This document shows positions 53,661 to 64,000 of a DNA stretch of 64,000 nt, in pieces. Position numbers and translations under genes: made by a program. This stretch comes from Vicugna vicugna (taxonomy: Eukaryota): NCBI GenBank assembly GCA_013265495.1, contig MU058451.1, positions 2,537,305 through 2,601,304 of the forward strand, written 5' to 3'. The notes beneath the pieces were generated by a model. The model saw nothing but the letters and a program-made list of their open reading frames with translations, did no database searches and was not told where the DNA came from. The number at the start of each line of letters is the position of its first letter. Position 1 is the first letter of the stretch.

Positions 53661-54275
53661 AAGAAAGTAAGAGGTGGGAGAAAGGAAAGTAGTTCTACGA
53701 CATACTCCTAATTAACCGGAGAACTATCCGTGCTGTACTAAATCTAACTCCTCTCTGGGATGTAATTACTATTTAAGGCCCATCTACTTACTGTGAAGTC
53801 AGGATTGGATCTCCCCTCCTCTGCAGTGCAGAGAGGAACGTACTGTCTTTTCAATACATAGTGCTTTATAGATCAATAAAACATGTTAAAAAAAAATTAA
53901 AATAAATCTTTTGAGACATTTAAAAAAAATACATAGTGCTAAGTTAACTGAATGTCTACATATAAAAAGGAAGGAAAAAAATCTTGAATTCTACCTCACA
54001 TCATACATATACCTCAATTCCTGACTATAGATCTAAATTTAAAAGATAAAATAATAAAGCTTCTAAAAATAACATGAGGTTATCTTCACAATTCAGTGGG
54101 AGATAAAGATGTCTAAAATATTAGCACACAAAAAAGTACTAACCATTCCAACAATTTCACTTCTAAGTATTTATCTCAAAAAAAACAAAAACACTACTGT
54201 GAAAGGATATATGCACCTTCATGCTCATAGAAGCAAGCTCAGTGTCCACTGATGGACGAATGGATATAGAAGTCG

Positions 54276-54805
54276 GTTTTTATGGAAGTATAGTTGATTT
54301 ACAATGTTAGTTTCAGGTCTACAGCAAAGTCATTCAGTTATACATTTACATTCATGTGTGTGTGTATATATATATATATACACACACACACATATTATTT
54401 TCAGATTCTTTTCCATTATAGCTTATTACAAAAGATTGAATATCCTTGTTGTTTTATCTATTTTATATATAGAAGTGTGTATCTGTTAACTTCAAACTCC
54501 TAATTTATCCCTCCCTCCTTTCATCTTTGGTAACATAGTTGTTTTCTTTGTCTGTGAGTCTATTTCTGGTTTGTAAATAAAATCTGTATTTTTTTAAGAG
54601 TCTGCATATAAGTGATATCATATGATATTTGTCTTTCTCTATCTGACGTACTTCACTTAGTATGATAATCTTTAGGTCCATCCATGTTGTTGCAAATGAC
54701 ATTATTTCATTCTTTTTATGGGTGAGTAATATTCCATTGTGTATGTGTGTTTGTGTATATATATTTGGTATATACATACCACATCTTCTTTATCCACTCA
54801 TCTGA
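54276..54805 (-). mobile_element. Artiodactyl-type L1 3' end (reverse) within older + strand L1 fragments (about 53940-55535)
   Basis: ORF 54505-54777 KKNEIMSFATTWMDLKIIILSEVRQ = L1 ORF2 C-terminus. Confidence 0.88.
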
Positions 54806-57567
54806 ACAATGCAGTTTTTTTTTAACAGCAAAAATATTTCAACAATAGTGAAGATCCTAATGCCAACAGGCATATGAAAAGGTGCTCACTTTAATTAACT
54901 ATTAGGGAGACACAAATTAAAACCACAATGAAATACTACCATTTTGAAAGCTGAAGATACCCTTTGTTGATAAAGATGTGGAAAGCTCTCATATACTGCT
55001 AGTAGGAGGGACCCTTGATAATTGTTTGACATTACGTATTAATACTGAACACATGTATAATCTATGACCCGACAATTCTAATCCTAGATACATCCCCAAC
55101 AGAAACGTATACATACAACAATGTTCACAGCAGTATTACTTCTAGTAGCCCAAAACTGGAAACAACCCAAATGTCCGCCAACAGTATAATGAATACATAA
55201 ATTTTGGTGTATCCATGCAAGAGGATATAACGTAACACAGAAATACCATACTGTTGAACACAACATGGGTGAATCTCACAGATGTAACACAGAAAAAACG
55301 AGCTATCACAAAAGAGTAAGCTGCATGATTCCAACAAACAGGCACAAAGAATCTAAGATGACAGAAAGCAGAGCAGTGGTTTCCTTTGGAGTTGTTAACC
55401 ACCAGAAGGGGCCTAAGGGAGGCTTCTGAAGCACCGGGAAAGCCTGCGATACTGGTAAAGCATTTACAGTGCAAAATTCCAACAAGGCCCTACAACCATC
55501 AGTTGTGCACTTGCCAGTACACAATGTTACATTTTTTAAACTTTACTCCCCAAAATCTACTCCTTCTTCCAGCTCACTGCAACATTCAATAATGGACACT
55601 CTTATCTCCACTGGTCTTTCAGACTCTCTCCTGTTTCCTTCCTCTGACTCCTTTGCTGGTTGACCTCCTGCTAATAATCCTCTGAAGTGGACCTGACCCA
55701 GAGCTCACCACACAACTGCTCCTGGTTCACAGTACCTGCCCTGGAAGGCTAGTCCACCGGCATGGCTTCCACCAGTGGATTAGTAACCCTGGTCCCTCCG
55801 TCCATTCCAAGTGCCCCTCCAGTATTCCGGCAGAGTAGAGGGCTATGTTACCCAAGGCATGTGAGTTTCTTTTCTTTCTTCACCCATAAACTATGGCATT
55901 GGTTTCCTGACATGGCTTTTAATATTTTCCACCTTCCACTCACATGTCAAACTGAACTTGTTAAATTGCTCTTTTAAACACAGCATCCACCTGCTGTAAA
56001 AATTAATCCCCCAAATTGTAGATAAAACTTATCAACCAAGTCTGGAGTTCAAGTCCATCACAATCTGCTCCCCAACTACATCTCTAGTCTTATCTCTTAC
56101 TAGCCATTTACCTGCTCTAATTAAAAACCACCTACAAAAAACTTTTTTGCCAAACCTGCTGTCCAGATTCCTATTCCAATGCCCTTTCTCATCGTACTCC
56201 CTCAGCCTGGAAAATTCTTTCCTCTCCTCTATACTTGCCTATTCTCTATTCAAGACCTGTATCTTACATCATCTACTGCCGTCTGTGTTCATCATTACTT
56301 AATCATACGGACAGCTGTTATTATTCACTTGGTACTTAATCTTTACCACTGAGTTACGCATTTTATGTAAATGACTGCAAAATCCTCACCAAAAAGGACA
56401 CTGGTTTATACCTCCAAAGATATATTAAAGCAAATGCTTAATAAGTAGAGGTAGTGGTGAGGTGCTAATGATCAACCAATAATCTGAAGAGATTTTCAAA
56501 AGTTAAAAATGTAGATAGCCTCTCACCAGTTTCAACCTGAATAGGCTTTTTTTTTCTTCATTATAATAATATTTTGGCTTATTTAAACTTACTTAATAAA
56601 TACTGGAATCAGCTGAACAGATGCAAAAACTAGGAAAGTCATGGAGTTCTGGAAAGAGCAGTCCTTGAAAGAGGGGACTGACTACCTAGGAGCACCTAAC
56701 ACATGGGAAAGAAAGAAGTGTCTGACCTGATTACGGGCATAAGCATGTGGACCATCATTAAACAGACTACAGAGTCACTGCTGGCAGGCAAAATGTCTAT
56801 TTTCACTCCATCACAAAAATATCTAAAGCATTATTGGTCGGAAAGGAACTGCTTGCATTTGTAAGTTAACAGACAAGTAAATGGACAGAGGGCTGGCACT
56901 TAACTTACAGAACTGTATTAACTTCATGCTGTCAACTCATGCACAGTGTCCGATGCAGGTCTGCTCTTCCCAATAGATAACTGGATATATAATGCTGTTG
57001 ATATTATACTAGTCTTAACTATTTTTAATTATTAAATTATATATTACCTATTTTGATTGGATTACTACATTCTGTTGATTCTTATCTTGTAGTTGGCTTT
57101 ATTCCTTTGAATTGCTCTTAGAAACAATGAACTGTACATATAGTTAAATTTTAAAATGGTTTTATCTCTCAATGAGCTGCTCTTCCTAGAATAAACTTTG
57201 TTTACCCCCCCAAAATTATGTATTAATTATTTTTAATTATTAAATTATATATTTAAAAAGAGAAATTGATGATTTTGATCCTATTTCTATCCTTACTTTA
57301 GAAAAAAACTTCAGTCCAACTTTCTGTTCTTTGCACCCAAATGTCTTTTTGCCAACATCTAAAAAGTAAATAATGCACCTTTAGAGTTTCCTCTAAAGCA
57401 AATTTTTTAAATAATTACAATTAGCCTCTTCATTCTCAAATACCTTCAGTTATTATTCAGCTGTCCTGGTGGTCTGTCCTATTAATGCCTGTTGACTATG
57501 CCACTGGGTAAGGACAGCACATACAGAACATAACAACACAACAGAAGGAAACGAGTCAGGGCCATAC

Positions 57568-57727
57568 CTGGGTTATTATTCACATTACTTTTGGGTGGTT
57601 TCTGAACTGGTTTGGGAAGCGTAGATTCAGTCAAAGCTTTATTAGCGACGGCTTGCTGGGCCTTCTTTATACTGCTCCCTTCGGATTCCCATGTCTGCTC
57701 ACCAAGACTCAGCTGCACTGAGAACAT
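57568..57727 (-). CDS. STAU2: STAU2 coding exon (160 nt, phase 0 to 1): MFSVQLSLGEQTWESEGSSIKKAQQAVANKALTESTLPKPVQKPPKSNVNNNP(G), C-terminal part of dsRBD1 plus linker
   Basis: Translation matches recalled human STAU2. Acceptor TTTTTGCAAG|ATG, donor CCAG|GTATGG. Phase joins the next exon as G|GT = Gly. Confidence 0.97.
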
Positions 57728-58699
57728 CTTGCAAAAACATAAAGAAACAAAGAAAACATTGAAATTTTTCAGGACATAAAGTGTGCGGTCAGCGAAAAAT
57801 AGACACACCACAGAATCAAAATTTTTGAGCCAGAGTGAAAGAATTTTAAGAGATTTTGCCAAATTCTGTTCTATCCTATCGAAAGGCTTAATGGCAGCTT
57901 TAAAGTGTACATTTTGGGTGGAATATATCAAGAAGAAATCACTTCCCCAAATGGAATCATATTGTTAATGTCATTCAAATAGTCTTCAGAAAAGTAGAGT
58001 AATAACAAAAAGTAAGAGAAACTGTAAGAGAATCCAACAGGTCCTGTCCCTATAACTTTTATAAAATCTAATTCCTTAAACTTCATACTTAGCACAATAT
58101 AGTCAATGAGTCAGACAATCCTACTGAATATTCTGTCACCAAGAAACTCTCATTCCTCCACAACCAACCTTTAACCAGTCACCAAGTTCGGTCAATTTTA
58201 ACCTCATAAATACTTCTCCAATCTCTCTTCTCTCTCTGCCAGTGACACTGCTGCACTGGATACAGTCTTTCATCATCTCAGCTGAGATGTAATAATCTCC
58301 CAACTGACTGCTGCTAAAGCTATCTTTCTAAAACTCAGACCCAACTGCATCACTCCCACCAACACTAGGTTAAAAACCTTCTATTGTTCCCCTTGTAGCA
58401 TGGTGCGAAGGATGGACCTGTCCATCTTCATGTCACCCACCCTTCCCCTTATCCTAACATTCCATTCACATCATATTTCCTTATGAGGCCCAAAACCTAT
58501 TGTTCACCTTTAACATTTAGGATCAAGTTACAGGATATACACACACAATCTGCTGTTTGACTCCAAAGACAGCTTCCTATTTTGTAGGAACACAAAGTAT
58601 GAACCTCAAAATACTAATTAATTATGAGGCAATAAATGTATATTTGCAGGAAGGCGATCAGATAGAAAATACCAAGTGATTAAAGTTCGTGTCATCAAT

Positions 58700-59310
58700 A
58701 ACCATACAAACAGACATCATGCGCCTCCTGATACGATCCAGTAAGAAATATGTAGTATTCTTGGCCAAAAATGTTTGCCCTGAATCTAATCACAGGGACT
58801 CAGAAACATCTAGACTATCATGTATTCTGTAAGACAACAGGCCTAAACTCTTCAAAAATGCCAACAAAAGAATGCATAGGGGCTGTCCTAGATTAAAGGA
58901 TGCTAAAGAGACATGAAAAGACATGACAAAGTATAATGTATGATCCTTGACTGGATTTGTACTGGGAAGAAAAAAATGTATACAAGGGCATTTAGGGAAA
59001 ATGACTATAGATTATATACTAAATAATATATTCGGTCAAGGTTAAATTTCTTGAGTGATGATAGTATTATGGTTATGGAGAAGAATGTCTTTGGTCTTCA
59101 AAGATAGATATACAAATATTTAAGGATGAAATGTCATGATAGTCGAAATTTATTTTCAAATTGTTCAAGGAGAAAGTATGTATCTACACAGAAGGAGCAA
59201 GAAAAGAAGTAAATGTAGCAAACAAATTAATGATTAGTAAATGTGAAAGACATGCATATCCATTATACTTCTCTTTCCATTTTTCCTGTAGGTTTCCAAT
59301 TTTTCAAAAT
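58700..59310 (+). mobile_element. L1MC-like 3' region
   Basis: cagacatcatgcgcctcctgat...tttccaatttttcaaaat. Confidence 0.65.
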
Positions 59311-60344
59311 ACAGACTTGAAAATATTTATAACCACTTGAAATTCAGAATATATACCTGTTAAAAGTGAATAATCTTTCTTTCATTCTGATTTAGTTTAA
59401 AATATATACCTGAAACATATCTTTCAATACATTTACCTGATTTTAAAATGATTTTTCAGTGACTAGCTCTTCTGGTTTTCCAATTACAGTATTTAACAAA
59501 GAACTCTGCCCTAAAACACATCACCTCTTCTAATCTCCTCCAAATCAGTTCACACTCCAGAATGCTCCATCCATTATTCTTCCATTAATTCACGTTCAAA
59601 ACCTCAACCTTCTTTGTTTATCCTCACCTTTCTAAGACTCATTTAGCAACACCTCAAAACTGTTCCTCGTAGTTCGGTCACCACCTTAGTCTAAGAGCCC
59701 TATGAACTCAGATGTGCTGCCTCCTGATCTTCCAGATGTCACCGTCCCGAGTCTCATAAGCCAGGCACCTCAGAGTGGCCTTCTTCGTCTGCTCCATTTC
59801 CCTCTCCATTCTCCCCTGCATTCAATTATCAAACTACTGATTCAACTTCAAAAATATTTTTCAGATCTGGCCTCCTTTCTTTATATCCTTTGCCAATGTC
59901 TTAGTGAAGAATATCAGTGTCTCTCCCCTAAGTTACCACAAGACCATCCTAACATCATTCCTTTAACATAAAACTTTCCCATTCAAACCATCCTTCCTAC
60001 CACCATCAGCATGAACATTCCGTAAAATATAAATGCATCCAAGTCAACCTTCTGCCGTTCTGCAGCCTCTTAAGAATCTCACTACATTGAACCCCTAAAA
60101 CTAATGCAATATTATATATCAATTATATTTCAATAAAACTCGAGAGAAAAGGAGTCCTGCTACAATAGTAATTCCAAGTAGGAATCCTAGAACAGACTGT
60201 TCACGAGCTTAAGTTGCAGATCCACCACTTACTATGCGCAATTTTAGGGAAGTTTCTTATTCTTTCCCTCTGTTTTATTTCTATAGTGAAATCTGAGTAA
60301 TAAGAGCACACAGAATGGTTGTGAAAATTAAAATAAAATGGTGT

Positions 60345-62165
60345 AAATGCCCCCACTTGAAATGCAGAGATTGTCAAACTGGATAAAAAAGCAAAATCCA
60401 ACTATATGCTAGCCTGCAAGTAATGTACTTCAACTATAAAGACATATGGTTTAAAAGCAATGGGATAGAGAAAAACACACCATGATAAAAGACATCAGTG
60501 ATAAGTCAGAATGGTTATATTAGTATCAGACAAAGCAGGTTTCAGAGCAAAGACTACTACCAGTGATAACAAAGGTCATTTCATAACAATAAAAGGGGCA
60601 ATAAATCTAGAAGATATTAACAATTCTAAACACTTAGGCACCTAGTAACAGAGCTTCAAAATATATGAACCAAAAACTAATAGAAGTGCAAAGAGAAAAA
60701 GAGAATCCACAATTAAAGTCAGAGATTCAATAGCTCCTCTCTCAATAATTGATATAACAATTACCAAGCAGACCATGAGGAAGAATACCAGACTTGGACG
60801 ATACGATCAACCAGCATAATCTGACTGGAATGTTTTTAAAACACTCTACCTGAAAAGAGCAAAAATGTATTTGTTCTCACTTTCTTACATATTTATCAAG
60901 ATAAACAACTTTCTGGACCATAAAACAAGTCACAACAAATTCAAAGGATTCAAGTGATGCAAAGTATGTTCTCTGACTATAATGGAATTAAAATAGAAAC
61001 TAGTAACAGAAAGATCTCTGGAAAATCTCCAAATATTTGGAAACTAAAAAGCACATTTCTAAATAACCCAAGAGTAAAAGAAGAAATCAAAGGGGAAAAT
61101 AGAAAGTATTTTAAACTGAATGAAAATGAAAACACTACACCTCAGAAGATGACATTAAAATAGTACTAAAGAGAAATTTCCAGCACTAAATGCCTATAGC
61201 AAAAAAGAAGTAAGGTTTCAAGTAAGTTAACTTCAGGTTTAATTTTAAGAAACTAGAAAAAAAGCAAAGCAAACCCGAAGTAAACAGGATAAAAAAATAA
61301 TAAAGACAAAAGCAAACATAACAAAATAAAAAACAGAAAAACAACAGAGAAAGAAATCAATAAAACCAAAAGCTGGTTCTTTGCAAAGGTTAATAAAATT
61401 TGTAAACCTCTATGCAGACTAATCACGACAAAAAGAGAGTACACAAACTATCACTTTCAAGAATGAGAGCGGTGACATCACTATAGATTCTTGAAGTATT
61501 TTAAAAAACAAGGAAATATTTTTTAACAACTTTATGCCAATAAACTCAACAACTTAAGTTCTTAAAAGTCACAGTTATTAAAGTTCATTCAAGAAGAAAC
61601 AGGTAACCTGAGTAGCCCTATACATGTTAAAGAGAGCTAGTACTATCAGATATCAAGAATTATAAAGCTATAGTCATCAAAACAATATGGTATTTGCATA
61701 AAGACAGAAAAACAGACCAATAGAACAGAACAGAGTCCATAAATAAACACATATATACGGACTTTGACAAAGGTGCAAAGACAATGCAGTGGGGAAAAGA
61801 TAATCTCTTCAATAACTGGACATCTACATGCAAAAAAAAAAACTTGTTCCGTATCTTGCATCATATACAAAAATTAATTCAAAGTAATTAGGCTTAAATA
61901 TAACACCTAAATGTAAAACTTACACTATAAAACATTTAGAAGAAAATATAGGAGAAAATCTTATGACTTTTGATGGGGCAAAAATTTCTTATATATGATA
62001 TGTAAAGCAAAATCTTACAGAACAAATGGATAAACTGGAGTTCATCAATATTAACAATTACTGCTCTTCAAAAGACACTGTTAAAAAAAGAGAAAAAAAG
62101 TCACAAAGAGGGGAAACTATCTGCCAAGAACATATCTAATCAAGGACTTGATTAGAATATTCAAG
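60345..62165 (+). mobile_element. L1 ORF2 remnant (EN region and C-terminal region; RT segment deleted near 61635)
   Basis: ORF 60954-61163 MQSMFSDYNGIKIETSNRKISGKSPNIWKLKSTFLNNP. Confidence 0.9.
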
Positions 62166-62482
62166 AGCGGCGTCGCAGAAAATGGGAATAGGAAGCCCCA
62201 GTAAAGAACAGTGCCTGTTACTTTATAAATAAAACAGACATTTTACAAAGGATTTTTTTAATCTTACATACTACTAATATGTAGTGATAACAACTGTCTG
62301 GGTACTTTCATCATCAACATAATTGCTAAGAATTTATGAATCATCTTTCCATTATACCACACTGAAACAGGTACTATATTTCTCAAATTACAGATGAGAA
62401 AATTGAGATTCTAAATTAGGTGTTCAAAGCCACACAGGCCAGATAATGTAGGCCAAAAATCAACCCTGGTAAATCTAGAAAA

Positions 62483-62508
62483 AACAAACAAACAAACAAA
62501 CAAACAAA
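62483..62508. repeat. (AAAC)n microsatellite
   Basis: Read directly from the sequence. Confidence 0.85.
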
Positions 62509-63069
62509 AACTACTTGGCTTCAAGGCCACTGGGTAATTCTGGCTCCCTGATACCTATTCCAGAGTAAACCTTCTCAAAGAGACATAGTACTAGAGCAGC
62601 TTGAAACTTAGTTGTTCATACTGACAACTCATCAAAATAGGAAATTAAAGAAAAAGAAGAAAATATCACTTTATATTATTCATGGCTCTCTTCCTTATAT
62701 TCTACATTATAATAGCCTTCTTTTGAGATGTGAGAAAATCAAAACAATTCACAGGAAAAATAAAGAACTGTATTTAGGTAACTAAGAGATAATGCCCTGT
62801 CATAATTATAACTCACATTAATAAAAGGTGCAACAAATTACTTCAGAGTTCAATTTAAAAGTGAGCATAAAAGCAAAAGGGGACAAGGCAAACTTTAAAA
62901 TATTTTTACTTTAATAGTCACATATTGAAAGTTCCACAAGTTGTTCATATTCTCTAAGACTCAATGAAAGAAAGAGTAAAGCATATAAACATAGATGGAT
63001 CATTACCTCCCATCAAGAAGTCTGTATAAGAAAACAATTCTACACCACCCTGAAGACATTAATCTCTAC

Positions 63070-63250
63070 CCTGTGTTTCTCTACTCTGGGTGCACATTTG
63101 AGTCATTTGAGAGCCTCAAAAAAAATCCTAATGTCTGGGTCTCATCCAAGACCAATTAATTAGGAATTTCTGGGAGTGAGATTCAGGCATAAGTATTTTT
63201 AAAGCTCCCTTTTGTGATTCCAATGAATAGCCAAGATTGAGAACCAGTAC
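63070..63250. mobile_element. MER5-like DNA transposon
   Basis: gtgcacatttgagtcatttgagag...gccaagattgagaaccagt. Confidence 0.65.
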
Positions 63251-63463
63251 TAGAAGTGAGCGTGTTGTGTGTATGCATGTGTATAAACATATACACATAT
63301 ATACGTAAACTGCCATATAATTGGCTAATGCCCCAAGGAAATTAATGAGGTGGGGCTAGTTTTAATTTTTTCGTGCCAGAGATAATCATTTATCTCATTA
63401 AAATATATTTGATGTCTCGCTTAAAACCACTGGTAGACATGCATGAATGAAAATGACTTTGCT

Positions 63464-63576
63464 GGGGAAGGGTATAGCTCAAGTGGTAGAGTACATGCTT
63501 AGCATGCAGGAGGTCCTGGGTTCAATCCCCAGTACTTCCATTAAAAAACCTAATTACCTCCCCCCACCACCCCCAA
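63464..63576 (+). mobile_element. Camelid tRNA-derived SINE (Vic-1-like)
   Basis: GGGGAAGGGTATAGCTCAAGTGGTAGAGTACATGC...GGTTCAATCCCCAG. TSD aaaatgactttgct (63450-63463) / aaaatgactctcct (63577-63590). Confidence 0.92.
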
Positions 63577-64000
63577 AAAATGACTCTCCTTTCCACAATA
63601 AGGATCCAGAGCTAGCTAATTAATATTAACATTAATTATTAATTAATATTACTTAGACTGATTCTCTTTCATTCAAGAATATACTAATTATTCTAGTACT
63701 CATTCTTTTCAAAAAATGAGCTACAGGCTAAATGGTGTGGTCTATGGCCAAAGCACCCAGAGCAGTAGGCACAGGTTGGCAAAGGGATCTCTAGATCTCC
63801 CTGAAACTCAAAGGAATATGGCACTGCCTAGAAAAAAGAATGTGGACCACAACAAACCTGGTCCATTAGAAGAGTAATTTAATGACACAGAAGAAAGTTA
63901 AGGGAGAGAAAGCCAGGGGAATGGCCTTGAATAGGTGAGAAGAGTTGGGATCTAGTACAGAAATAGAAGGGTTGGCCTTAACAGGTAGTTCATCCATAAC

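Larger units (their letters stand above)
49492..57567 (-). other. STAU2: STAU2 intron, 8,076 nt (GT...AG)
   Basis: Defined by the flanking exon boundaries. Confidence 0.93.

Noticed and set aside
57482..57931. 149-aa ORF as a standalone gene
   Set aside because: Only 57568-57727 is exon. The flanks are intronic read-through.
62163..62200. CpG-rich gagcggcgtcgcagaaaatgggaataggaagcccc
   Set aside because: Resembles a tiny L1 5'-end fragment and is too short to support a promoter call.
63464..63540. tRNA gene (A/B boxes, tRNA-like head); also 44900-44979
   Set aside because: A-rich tails and TSDs identify both as tRNA-derived SINEs.
1..64000. CRISPR array, operon or novel prokaryotic-type system; intact active L1
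   Set aside because: The sequence is mammalian intron. There is no regularly spaced repeat array and all L1 ORFs are fragmented.

Overview
Eukaryotic (mammalian, very probably camelid) genomic DNA lying entirely inside the STAU2 (Staufen homolog 2, dsRNA-binding protein) gene on the minus strand. Three coding exons are supported by translation, GT-AG boundaries and phase continuity: 57568-57727 (160 nt), 49356-49491 (136 nt) and 322-481 (160 nt). Together they encode 152 aa (MFSVQLSLG...EPIPEKSAQ; end of dsRBD1 through dsRBD2). The rest is intron (8,076 nt and 48,874 nt, plus partial flanking introns), dense in decayed L1, L2, MIR, hAT/TcMar DNA transposons and MaLR LTRs, with younger camelid-type tRNA-derived SINEs and L1 3' ends. 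Nearly all ORF-track entries are spurious or L1 remnants. I see no evidence of a novel multi-gene system. The most interesting hypotheses are an inverted SINE/L1 pair bracketing two exons (circRNA-promoting geometry), two candidate poison exons, loss of an S-P motif, TSD-flanked micro-insertions and internally inverted L1s. Repeat family names were assigned by eye from memory of consensus sequences, and repeat boundaries are approximate unless TSDs or TIRs are quoted.
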